From NCBI GenBank assembly GCA_048939765.1, contig JBHLPF010000036.1:1-37531 (forward strand): DNA of 37,531 bases, written 5' to 3'. The stretch's first letter is position 1. Each line of letters begins with the position of its first letter. Shown here piece by piece: positions 27,859 to 36,762 of the stretch. The notes beneath the pieces are model-generated. The model saw nothing but the letters and a program-made list of their open reading frames with translations, was not told where the DNA came from and ran no database searches. Origin of the DNA: Promethearchaeota archaeon. Lineage in GTDB: Archaea > Asgardarchaeota > Thorarchaeia > Thorarchaeales > Thorarchaeaceae. A program made the position numbers and the translations under genes.

Positions 27859-28268
27859 TGACTAAAGCCTACATTAAAAGAATTCGAAAATGAGTTGGAA
27901 TAAGGTGGGCGCAACCCAAGTGGGCAATATGACGCTTGCCGCGCCACCACCTAATGATTTGTGCGTCACATTCCATAGAGCTCATTTTGGAGCAATATGC
28001 AAGGTCCGGATCGCACGCCAGAATCCTGGACCGACCCACATCAGTTGTGCTGCGCCCTTGCTTTAGAGTCATCCATAATGTGTTACATAAACAGTATGGT
28101 GGCTCCACCTTAACTGGTCACGTAACCGCATTAAGGTTTTGGTCTGCGCCCCAACCCCCACTTAACATACGTGTTTGTCGTGGCGCTCTCTAAGCATTGC
28201 ATGCTTAATACGGTATAGTAGTATATAATAGTTGTTAGACCGGATAGTCTATCTGAAACCAGTCTGGT

Positions 28269-30872
28269 TCATTTAATCTGTCGGACCAACACTTGAATCA
28301 TAAGTTCATCCCCTAGGATTATTCGTGTCATGTTTAGCTCTGAATCGAATGTAGATCCATCGCATCTCTTGAATTGCCATCTTGCAGTTTCTGTACTCCC
28401 GGCCAAGATGGAGTCAATTATCTTGAGGACTCTTTGTTTTGATGATGACTTGTCAGGCTGACGACGTGGAGATAGCTGCCATAGCGCCTTTTCGATGACT
28501 TCACTCCTTTTGCATCCAAGCATTCTTAGGAACGCTCTATTGCAGTCAGTCGCGGTAGATTCTTTCAGCAGGAGAAGAGCATCACTTGACATTTTGATGA
28601 GGGACAAGTATCTATCGTCGCTTTCTTTAAGGGCACCCTCGAGCATTTTCTGCTTCGTGATATCTAGGAGAAGAACCTGTAGAGCTGGCTTACCCTCGTA
28701 TATTATCCTGGAAGGAAAGCTACGATACCAGACGACCGATCCATCGTGATGTACGTATTCATCCTCATAGCCACTATGTGGTGCCACTTGCTTCCCATCC
28801 AGAATATCGAGCATTGTTTGCAGTGCTCCCTCAACATGACGAGGGTGCAGCGCATCTGAAACCCATTTGGGACCCATAGCGATGAGGTCCTCTGTAGTAT
28901 ACCCTGTGAGTTCAGTTGTTGACTGATTGGCGTACACTATAGTTAGAGGATTTCCACGCATGATAATAATTGGGAAAGCACTGGATTCGACCAAGGTTCG
29001 AAATCTCTCTTCACTTTCCCTAAGCATCATCTCAGATTTCTTCCGCTCGGTTATGTCTTGAATTTGCGCCAAGTAGACAAATCCTGTTCCGTCTTCTGCC
29101 GCTTGCAAGGCTGAACCAATGATGCTCAAATGAATAGGATCCGTTTTGGTTGAGTTGAATCCTGCCCCTCTAATGTCATATTCAACTTCGAATGTAATCA
29201 CTTCGCCTTCTTGGACGTCACTAAGAACCCATTCAGGCAAATTCGTGTCTTTTTCAAGCAGGTATTCCTCGAACCCCGTTTCACGGCTAATACCAAGGAT
29301 ATCTGCGGCTGCTTGGTTTATCTGAATTATCCTGCCTTCCGAGTCAAAGAGAAGGATACCATAGAGCGAAACCTCGAAGATTCCTCTGAACCTTTTCTCG
29401 CTTTCACGTAGGGCTGCTTCTCCTTCAATCTGCTCAGTGATGTCAACCTCTAGTGTTTGCATCGCATTACGACCATCATGTTCCACAACATTTACGTATG
29501 ACTCAACCCATCTGACGTCACCATTAGGCCGAATATAGCGAAACCTATGACTGGGAAGCTTCTTGACTCCTGACTTGACCGCATCATTCCTCCTAATGAG
29601 CTCCTCCCGATCTTCAGGATAAATCATGTTCCAGGTTTCATCGGGACTCATCTTAAGCAACTCGCCCATGGAACGTCCGACAGTGCGAGCATAGGCAGGA
29701 TTGACGAATACGAAGCGGCCATCAACCAGTATCGAGATACCTTGCAGGGATTCGTTGACCAATCTTCTATATCGTTCTTCGCTCCGATCAAGTGCTTCAA
29801 GTACTAGCTTTTCATGGGTCACATCCAATAAGGTACCTGCCGAACGGACTGGATTCCCATCATCATCTCTATCAACGACTCGCCCTCGGTCAAGTACCCA
29901 GACATAATCGCCAGATTTTGTCATCATCCGATGCTCAGATGAATACATAGGCGTCTTATTCTCAAGGTGGTCATCCCACACAGCAAGGACTAACTCAAGG
30001 TCATCGGGATGAATAAGAGCTTCCCAGTTTTCAGCATATTCATTCAGCTCCTGCAACGAATATCCCAATAGCTTTGCATAACGTTCGCTGAACGTCATTC
30101 TGCCTGTCTTATGATGCCAATCCCAAGGAGCAAGGTCAGCTCCTTTGAGAGCGAGGTCCAATCTTTCCTGGCTCTGGCGCAAAGCTTCCAACGTTGATTT
30201 TTGCTCCGTGATGTCTCGAACAACCGAAACTATGCTTTCGCCATCATCGTGAAGGCTCATTGTTACCGAAAACCAGTATGTTGCTTCATTGATAGTGAGT
30301 TGATACTCAAAGGCATCCGCTCGTCCGGTTTCCTTCACTTCCTGTGCCATCTCTACCGCTTTCTCCGTAACATCAGGAGGAAGCACGTCTCGCTCCGCTA
30401 GGTCTGGAGATATCTCGAAAGTTGTTGGAACATAGAATCGGGCGGTGGTTCGGAAGTACATTCCTCTAACCCGTTTCGATGTGCCCTTGTCATCCTCCTT
30501 TGGTGGTGGATATTGGTCTACCAAGCCTTGGTCACGTAGCTTTCTGAGGTGATAGTAGCAGTTGTAGTTTGATATCTCGAGCTTGGGCCTATTCTCCTTG
30601 ATAATGGCAAGGATTTCGTGGACACTCAACCAGTACCTTGTTGATGGCTTCCGAATTGTCACTTCCTCAGAAATGAGTGTACCGTCCTCAAGAGCCCTTT
30701 CTGTCCGCTTGCTTTCCGTTACGTAATCCTCATACCCCTGATCTAGCGCTCTTAGAATCTCGAGTCTAAGAGGATGATAGAGAGATTCCTTCTGATCTGC
30801 TGTTTCGAGGACCATGAAATCTTGTCGTGTTGTTTCAGGCAACTCTATTCGGACTGAATTTTCAGGGACCAT
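28269..30872 (-). CDS. wHTH regulator fused to an array of PAS domains (one half plus five full), no kinase domain
   Basis: N-terminal HPLRLEILRAL...YYHLRKLRDQGLV; repeated SEERY/F...D(I/V)TE.K PAS/PAC units running to the C-terminus. Confidence 0.92.
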   Translation of the reverse strand: MVPENSVRIELPETTRQDFMVLETADQKESLYHPLRLEILRALDQGYEDYVTESKRTERALEDGTLISEEVTIRKPSTRYWLSVHEILAIIKENRPKLEISNYNCYYHLRKLRDQGLVDQYPPPKEDDKGTSKRVRGMYFRTTARFYVPTTFEISPDLAERDVLPPDVTEKAVEMAQEVKETGRADAFEYQLTINEATYWFSVTMSLHDDGESIVSVVRDITEQKSTLEALRQSQERLDLALKGADLAPWDWHHKTGRMTFSERYAKLLGYSLQELNEYAENWEALIHPDDLELVLAVWDDHLENKTPMYSSEHRMMTKSGDYVWVLDRGRVVDRDDDGNPVRSAGTLLDVTHEKLVLEALDRSEERYRRLVNESLQGISILVDGRFVFVNPAYARTVGRSMGELLKMSPDETWNMIYPEDREELIRRNDAVKSGVKKLPSHRFRYIRPNGDVRWVESYVNVVEHDGRNAMQTLEVDITEQIEGEAALRESEKRFRGIFEVSLYGILLFDSEGRIIQINQAAADILGISRETGFEEYLLEKDTNLPEWVLSDVQEGEVITFEVEYDIRGAGFNSTKTDPIHLSIIGSALQAAEDGTGFVYLAQIQDITERKKSEMMLRESEERFRTLVESSAFPIIIMRGNPLTIVYANQSTTELTGYTTEDLIAMGPKWVSDALHPRHVEGALQTMLDILDGKQVAPHSGYEDEYVHHDGSVVWYRSFPSRIIYEGKPALQVLLLDITKQKMLEGALKESDDRYLSLIKMSSDALLLLKESTATDCNRAFLRMLGCKRSEVIEKALWQLSPRRQPDKSSSKQRVLKIIDSILAGSTETARWQFKRCDGSTFDSELNMTRIILGDELMIQVLVRQIK

Positions 30873-30998
30873 ATTATCGACATCTCTCTGTGACCGCTTT
30901 TCTCTCAGGGATGGGTGTTTTCAAAGCAGCGGAACTCCGCATCTTCCGCGTCAGAATGCTCCCTACAGTAATTTGGCAAACTAGAATAAAAATCTTTG

Positions 30999-31082
30999 TT
31001 ATTGTAATTGACTATATAATGAAGATGTACTAATGCAGAATATTTAAATAGTAATAATTCTTATTGCAATTCGTTACAATAA
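30999..31082. promoter_or_regulatory. AT-rich divergent promoter with TTATTGYAA operator-like sites
   Basis: TTATTGCAA-TTCG-TTACAATAA (31061-31082), extra half-site TTATTGTAA (30999) and palindromic TATTTAAATA (31041-31050). Confidence 0.55.
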
Positions 31083-31112
31083 TACCTAGCATCAAGTGCG
31101 TGGGGTAGTGAA

Positions 31113-31961
31113 GTGACAAGCGTGGGTACTAATGGAAACGACCTAGATCACCTCGATCAAGAAGGGAACAATCCAAAGGTCCTGCTCTTTATTGAAACCG
31201 ATGAACAGAAGCAATCACTTCACCATCCATTCCGGAAGAAAATCCTGAAAGCCCTGAGTGCAGGCATAGAAGACTACGAGACTCAGATAACCACAGAAAT
31301 AAAGACTCTCAAAGACGGCACGGGACTCAAGCATTCACTCGAACTCAAGCGTCCAATCCAGAGATACTGGTTGACGGTATCGGAGCTTGTGGATGAACTC
31401 TGTTATAGATATCCCAAGCTCGAGATCACAAGCTATCAATGCTATTACCATCTTCAGAAATTGGAAGAACAAGGACTTGTGGAACAGGATCCGGCCCCTG
31501 AGTTCAACGATGACGGGAAGAAGAGAAGAATTAGGGGCAGGCGCTTCAGAGCTGCTGCCCGCTTCTTCATTGCCTACAATCCAGGATTCTCTCCAGGAAA
31601 TCCGATCCCTTGTGTTGAGTTTCTTCAGAACAATTGGAATCTCACTCCTACCAAGAAAGACTGTGAAGATCTGACTGACTTGATCTTTCAGCAAGATATG
31701 GCTCTTTTCAAGGCTTTAGAGCATCTCGCGGCTCATCTGAATGAGCCAGATATGGACTCAGTTACGTTGTCTGTGTTGCTCGAACGGCTTGCCCATGTCT
31801 TTCTCTCCGATAATCATGAATTCATTGAAAGATATCGAAAGGCGAAAGCAATCCTCATTCGCGCCGGGGGGAGATTTCTGGAATCAGACACCAACGACAT
31901 GGATGTCACACAGACCAGTGATGCCAAGGGAACAGGAACCAGAGGTTGTGTCAATGAATAG
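31113..31961 (+). CDS. ArsR-like wHTH regulator with beta-hairpin insertion, paralog of the 28269-30872 N-terminus
   Basis: HPFRKKILKAL...RYWLTVSEL...PKLEITSYQCYYHLQKLEEQGLV...RG..FR..ARF. Confidence 0.87.
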   Translation: MTSVGTNGNDLDHLDQEGNNPKVLLFIETDEQKQSLHHPFRKKILKALSAGIEDYETQITTEIKTLKDGTGLKHSLELKRPIQRYWLTVSELVDELCYRYPKLEITSYQCYYHLQKLEEQGLVEQDPAPEFNDDGKKRRIRGRRFRAAARFFIAYNPGFSPGNPIPCVEFLQNNWNLTPTKKDCEDLTDLIFQQDMALFKALEHLAAHLNEPDMDSVTLSVLLERLAHVFLSDNHEFIERYRKAKAILIRAGGRFLESDTNDMDVTQTSDAKGTGTRGCVNE

Positions 31962-32499
31962 CGTATTGAGAAGGCATCCGGTATTCAAGACCGTTATGAT
32001 AGGTGAAGGTGGTGTGGGTAAGACCAGTATCACTGTACGATACACTGAGAATCGTTTCGATGAGAACATGATGATAACAATTGGAGCAAACTTCGTTTCT
32101 AAGAAAGTCGAAATAAACGGGTCACCTCTCACCTTAATGATTTGGGATCTTGGCGGACAGCCTCGTTTTCGCGAGGTTGTTGTAGATTACTTCAGAGGAT
32201 CAAGATACGCAATCGCAGTCTATGATGCAACTCGAGTATACTCATTGGAAAGGCTACCGGATTGGATTGACCGACTGAGAGAATCGGCTCCAAATTGTGA
32301 ACTCCTGTTTGTTGGAAATAAGACGGATGCCAGAGCAAACGGGAGTGGCGTTCCGTTCGAGGAAGGAATCGCATTTGCTGAGAAGTACGATGCGCTTTGC
32401 ATCGAGGTCTCAGCTAAAACCGGAGCGGGAATCGATGACATGTTTGAGTTGGTAGCGCAGAAACTCATTCAGAAGTATCCTGAGATGTTGGAGGTGTAA
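31954..32499 (+). CDS. Rab-like small GTPase
   Basis: GEGGVGKTS, TIGANF, WDLGGQ.RF, YFRG, NKTD and SAK. ATG at 31954 overlaps the upstream stop; the ORF-track extension to 31741 is spurious. Confidence 0.95.
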   Translation: MNSVLRRHPVFKTVMIGEGGVGKTSITVRYTENRFDENMMITIGANFVSKKVEINGSPLTLMIWDLGGQPRFREVVVDYFRGSRYAIAVYDATRVYSLERLPDWIDRLRESAPNCELLFVGNKTDARANGSGVPFEEGIAFAEKYDALCIEVSAKTGAGIDDMFELVAQKLIQKYPEMLEV

Positions 32500-32511
32500 A
32501 CAACGACGAAG

Positions 32512-32763
32512 ATGGTTTTGAGCCCTTTTGCCTGCCCTGAATGCAAAGATGGTTCCTTGGTCAAGGTGGAAGTGGAAGAGGATGAAATTCGCAAAGCTCC
32601 TCGTCTCCCAGCTATGGTGATGACAAAATGTAGCAAGAACCACACACTTGTAGTCTTCGTTGATGGAAATCTCCAGGTCCGAGATGTTGAATCCACACTA
32701 AGCGGTCATAGGGTAAGCAAAGATGCTCTCGACAAAACGGGAGATTGGTTTGTTTCATTGTAA
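32512..32763 (+). CDS. Small CxxC...CxxxH zinc-ribbon protein
   Basis: FACPEC...CSKNHTLVVFVDGNLQVRDVE; paralog of 10647-10910. Confidence 0.82.
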   Translation: MVLSPFACPECKDGSLVKVEVEEDEIRKAPRLPAMVMTKCSKNHTLVVFVDGNLQVRDVESTLSGHRVSKDALDKTGDWFVSL

Positions 32764-32811
32764 CAGAATAATCATGATAACACAGTCAATTATCATTCGA
32801 GGCAAAGCAAA

Positions 32812-33255
32812 ATGTACGGAATAATGCTGGTGAACCACGCGGGGGAAACAGTTGCTTCGGCGGGATGGGACCATATAGATGGTGACATCACCCTGTTTGG
32901 CGGATTTGTTTCAGCTGTGCAGATGTTCATCAAGAAAATCTCAGGCGGCACGAATGTTGAAGAACTACGTTTTGGAAACATGAAGCTGCTGATTGGTAGC
33001 TCATATGACTACCATATTGTTACACTTCATGAAGCCAATGAAAAGAATGCATTGTCAGAAAACCGTGAAGTAACCGAACTTGTGAGGGAGAACGCTGGAA
33101 TTCTCAATGACGGGGTTCTCAAATTGATTCAAGCAATGATCTCCAATGACGATGCCGCATCTGCAGTCGTTGGTGAGAGTGTGAAGGATTGGACTCAGTC
33201 ACAAGTCGAACGTGCAAAGAAATCTGCGAGTGATTGGGGCAAGACTGTGTTATAG
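32812..33255 (+). CDS. Longin-like domain protein
   Basis: Beta-beta (GIMLVN.AG..V), helix LFGGFVSAVQMF.KKI, then VEELRFG.MKLLI and further strands, an Asgard longin-type pattern. Confidence 0.75.
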   Translation: MYGIMLVNHAGETVASAGWDHIDGDITLFGGFVSAVQMFIKKISGGTNVEELRFGNMKLLIGSSYDYHIVTLHEANEKNALSENREVTELVRENAGILNDGVLKLIQAMISNDDAASAVVGESVKDWTQSQVERAKKSASDWGKTVL

Positions 33256-33258
33256 GAT

Positions 33259-34641
33259 GTGTTAGTTATGGGAGTATATGAAACTGCTCAACTCTATCTT
33301 GGTTTAGCAACGCTAGTGGCTGCTCTGATCATTATCCAGTATAGCAAGAAGAAATCTGCAGTGCTGGACGCTGATGCTGGAAGAGCAATACGGCCTCTAT
33401 ATGTGGTTGCGATTGGTTTTGTTGCCTTTGCCATCGGAGCCTTGGCAACGTATATTGAAGAGATACTCGGACAAGCAATCCTTGTGGACACCTATTACGC
33501 ATACTATGCATCTGCAGCTGTGGAGGTGGTTTTGCTGGGCATTGCTGCAGCAATGATACTGGACGCTAAGCGCTTTTACTCAGTTCCATCCATGACTGTA
33601 ATTGCAACAGTTGTCCTATTCTATCTAGCTGAAGCCTATCCCCAGACATCGGACTTTCTGCTGCTCATAGGAGTGCTATTCCCTTCGTTAATTCTTCTCA
33701 GCATCGGAGGACTATTCGTATGGCTCACTCGGGAAACTCAACGTGGCACAAGCGCAGCTTTGGCATTTGGGTTACTTACTCAGATTGCTGGGTTACCAGT
33801 GCTATATTTTGATCTCTTGGTTGGACCCGAGGCCTTGATTGCTTTGTTCATTGTTCTGATGGGTCCGGCCATGATTGCCTTCGCATTCCTGCGTCCCAAT
33901 CAGAAAATTACCTTCGAGCTCGCGGGGTATGGTGCAAGCTTTGCAGCGCCCGCACTAGTTCTCATCAGTGTTCAGACCGCAGGTCTTGCTATGGACACAA
34001 TGCTACTTGCTATCGCGTCGATGGGTGGTGTTGCCATCCTTTTGGCTTTAGGAACTGCTGCATATCTTTATGGCAGATGGTCAGAAACTCGACAGATTCC
34101 AACAATTCTGTTCATGGTAGCATTTCTCCTATTCGGACTTGGTCAAATGTCAGGAATGCTTGATAATCTCGGGATGTTCCCTGATCCAGACGGTATCTAT
34201 ATCGAGTTCCTTCTCACAGGCTATGCATTGACATTCTTGTCAGTTGGAGCTATCTATGCGGCCGGTGGAAGGAGTACTGGACTTGTTCCTATGGTGGCTT
34301 TCGTGCCAATTTCTGTAATGATAATACAAGCATACCCCATCAGTATCGGTGATCTCTTCTTAGATCTGATTATAATCATGGTGCCAACAATTGTTCTCAT
34401 GATACTGCCATCCATCGTGTTTTTTGGCGTCTGGAAGCGAATGCGATCCAATCATGTAGCAGGAAGTCTACGACCCTTGGGAGTAGCTATTGCGATTATC
34501 CTGTTCTTCGTCATTCGTCTGCCTCCCATGGTGCTGGGATTTGGCGGACTGGATTACGGATATGGCTGGGTCCTTCTAAGTTACCTTATGTTCTGGTCAG
34601 CACTGACTGGACGGTTGGACAGAGTGACTATTGCCGTCTGA
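33259..34641 (+). CDS. Polytopic membrane protein (~15 TM; two apparent 7-TM repeats)
   Basis: About 15 hydrophobic helices, no soluble domain; internal repeat VP...AYP / P..L / LP. Confidence 0.8.
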   Translation: MLVMGVYETAQLYLGLATLVAALIIIQYSKKKSAVLDADAGRAIRPLYVVAIGFVAFAIGALATYIEEILGQAILVDTYYAYYASAAVEVVLLGIAAAMILDAKRFYSVPSMTVIATVVLFYLAEAYPQTSDFLLLIGVLFPSLILLSIGGLFVWLTRETQRGTSAALAFGLLTQIAGLPVLYFDLLVGPEALIALFIVLMGPAMIAFAFLRPNQKITFELAGYGASFAAPALVLISVQTAGLAMDTMLLAIASMGGVAILLALGTAAYLYGRWSETRQIPTILFMVAFLLFGLGQMSGMLDNLGMFPDPDGIYIEFLLTGYALTFLSVGAIYAAGGRSTGLVPMVAFVPISVMIIQAYPISIGDLFLDLIIIMVPTIVLMILPSIVFFGVWKRMRSNHVAGSLRPLGVAIAIILFFVIRLPPMVLGFGGLDYGYGWVLLSYLMFWSALTGRLDRVTIAV

Positions 34642-34718
34642 TGAAATCAGAGGAGTTGAGATGTTGAGTTCGATTCGAATCGAGGAGGATTCCTTTCTCA
34701 GCTCCTTTCTATCGAAAA

Positions 34719-35216
34719 TTGATGAAGGGAACTATATTGATTATGGTGGGAGAAGCGGATCAAACAATCAAGAATGAAGTTTCAAGATCAAGAATTAAGC
34801 GCGACGATGAACCAGTTCATCTTATTCTTGCTGCGGCAAAGGCTGGTTTTAGTTTGTTTGAATTGAAGTTTCAGCCGTATATAAGAGGAGATGATTCCAT
34901 AATGGCAGGATTTCTGACAGCGCTGACAAGCATCAGCAATGCCTTATTCTCGCAACCTCTTGAGAGCGCCAGGATCGGAGAGTATAATCTCCAGATTTGC
35001 ATCCGACTTCCGTTTCTTTTCTGCTACGTATCCAAGGGAGAGCAATATCCTGCCAATCAGAAATTAAACGACTTCATCGAGAAATTCCATGCTGCCACTC
35101 ATCTATGGAATTCTTTGACAAATACAATTGAAACAGGAGCCGTGGACAGAACGGCCCTCTCATCTATAGAGAACATGGCTTCACAGGCTCTCCTCTCCTT
35201 TAGAGAAGCCGGGTAG
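34719..35216 (+). CDS. Longin-like domain protein
   Basis: AG.SLF...F....D..IMAGFLTAL.S.S...F...LES..IGEY.L.....FLFCYV.KG..Y.A.QKL..F. Confidence 0.72.
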   Translation: MMKGTILIMVGEADQTIKNEVSRSRIKRDDEPVHLILAAAKAGFSLFELKFQPYIRGDDSIMAGFLTALTSISNALFSQPLESARIGEYNLQICIRLPFLFCYVSKGEQYPANQKLNDFIEKFHAATHLWNSLTNTIETGAVDRTALSSIENMASQALLSFREAG

Positions 35217-35238
35217 AATGATTGGAGCAAAATGAAAA

Positions 35239-36762
35239 ATGACAACTTCAACTGGAAAGGCGCGTCACAGCCTAATCATCCCGCTGTTGTTTGTTGTCTT
35301 CCTAATAATCCAGCTATATGCATTGGCATCAGGTCTTGCTTGGATTGAAGTAAATCCAATTCAGTTCAATTTCTGGCTTTCAGTCCTAGTTGCGATAGTA
35401 GCCACAGTTGCGGGAATTGTCGCCACATATTCATTCGTCCAATACAATCAAGAACGTTGCTTCAGAGATTTCATCTTCTCATTGATTGGCATCAATATTG
35501 TATTGCTGGCCTTCCTTTTCCTCCTCACTCATCCTGCTGCATCATGGTCCGCCTTCTCTGACCGACAAAGAAACATGACAATAGTCGCGGCAATAGGGTA
35601 TTTGGTTACACCTGGAATGCTTGCGAGTTCGATTGTAAATGACAATTACGTAACTCGGAAGACGAAGTGTATTGCGCTATTGCTAGGAACAGTCATTCTG
35701 CCGCTCATTTCGGTTTGGATGTTCCTTGCCCCTGAACCCATATTCAGATTGACAGGTCCTGGAATAGGCCTAGGCGTATTGACACCTCATGCGTGGTTTC
35801 TTGCGATAATCATTGGGATTACATCCTTGGTTGCTTTCCTTCGATACTTACAAGAGTGGCTGAGGGGACATGATCGGATTATTCTCTCTGCGGCTCTGGC
35901 TCTAGTACACTGGATACTTGCATTCCTGATTTATCTGGTGATTGAAAGCCCGTTACAGGTAGCGGAACTGTTGTGGTTTAGTAGCATCGCGGCCGGATTC
36001 ATTCTTCTAGCCATTGCTATGGTTGTGACTTCAATCATTGAACCTCATCGGGCACTTGAAATGATAATCGAAGAACGCACATCTCAGCTGAAAGAATCAC
36101 AAGAGGAAACCGAGTTCTATCTGAAGCTCTGGACACATAAAATCGGAAATCTCTTGCAAGGAATCTCGACCTATCTGGAATTGATTGGCTATCAAGCCGA
36201 AGAAGTTTCGGGCTTAGTTAACCTACGAAAGCCAGCAGCGGATCTTGTGAAAGAGTCCATTCTCGTGAATCGACAAATTGGGAGGCTGATTAGGATCAAG
36301 GAAAAGACTTCCTCTGCAACTTGGCCAGTTAGCTTGATGCACGCTTTGATGAAATCAAAGGATGAAGTAAGAGAAATACTGGATGAGAATCTAGTATCTG
36401 TAAGGATACCCAGAATCGAAGAATCGCTTCAAGTAGTTGCGGATGACTTGATAGACATCGTTTTCATTAATCTGATTACAAAATGCTTCAACAATGGCCA
36501 TCATGTTCAGCCCAAAATAGCAATGAGTGTAACTGTGAACCAGAATCATGTTCATGTGAAATTCAAGCCATGTCCGATTGAATCCGACATCAAAATCAGG
36601 GATTATCTAAAAAGGAAACCTTCGTTGAAAGAAAGCATTGCGGACCTTGATTTCTTCATGTCATGGACAATCATGGAGAGATATGGCGGCGCTATCAACT
36701 ATGAGGAGAATCCTCATACAAAGGAGAATGTTCTTGTTTTGACTTTCCAAAGAGCGTTCTAG
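35239..36762 (+). CDS. Membrane sensor histidine kinase-like protein (~8 TM) with degenerate HATPase domain
   Basis: TM bundle, EERT..L coiled coil, H-box THKIGNLLQGI, ADDLIDIVFINLI and ERYGG.I; N, G1 and G2 boxes degenerate. Confidence 0.85.
   Translation: MTTSTGKARHSLIIPLLFVVFLIIQLYALASGLAWIEVNPIQFNFWLSVLVAIVATVAGIVATYSFVQYNQERCFRDFIFSLIGINIVLLAFLFLLTHPAASWSAFSDRQRNMTIVAAIGYLVTPGMLASSIVNDNYVTRKTKCIALLLGTVILPLISVWMFLAPEPIFRLTGPGIGLGVLTPHAWFLAIIIGITSLVAFLRYLQEWLRGHDRIILSAALALVHWILAFLIYLVIESPLQVAELLWFSSIAAGFILLAIAMVVTSIIEPHRALEMIIEERTSQLKESQEETEFYLKLWTHKIGNLLQGISTYLELIGYQAEEVSGLVNLRKPAADLVKESILVNRQIGRLIRIKEKTSSATWPVSLMHALMKSKDEVREILDENLVSVRIPRIEESLQVVADDLIDIVFINLITKCFNNGHHVQPKIAMSVTVNQNHVHVKFKPCPIESDIKIRDYLKRKPSLKESIADLDFFMSWTIMERYGGAINYEENPHTKENVLVLTFQRAF

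Noticed and set aside
27869-28268. ORFs 27869-28108 and 27936-28193, and weak hairpins in a 400-bp gap
   Set aside because: Unprotein-like composition; stems are short and do not resemble tRNA, SRP, RNase P or SECIS.
31741-31953. N-terminal 71-aa extension of the GTPase in the ORF track
   Set aside because: Overlaps the wHTH gene out of frame. The ATG at 31954, with GAGG upstream and coupling to the previous stop, gives a normal 181-aa GTPase.
403-34451. Many 60-130 aa ORFs overlapping assigned genes on the opposite strand or in another frame
   Set aside because: Shadow ORFs with no motifs, lying inside well-supported genes.
33259-34641. Rhodopsin or bona fide GPCR assignment for the 7TM repeats
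   Set aside because: No retinal-binding Lys in either seventh helix and no DRY or NPxxY motifs; only a topological analogy is claimed.
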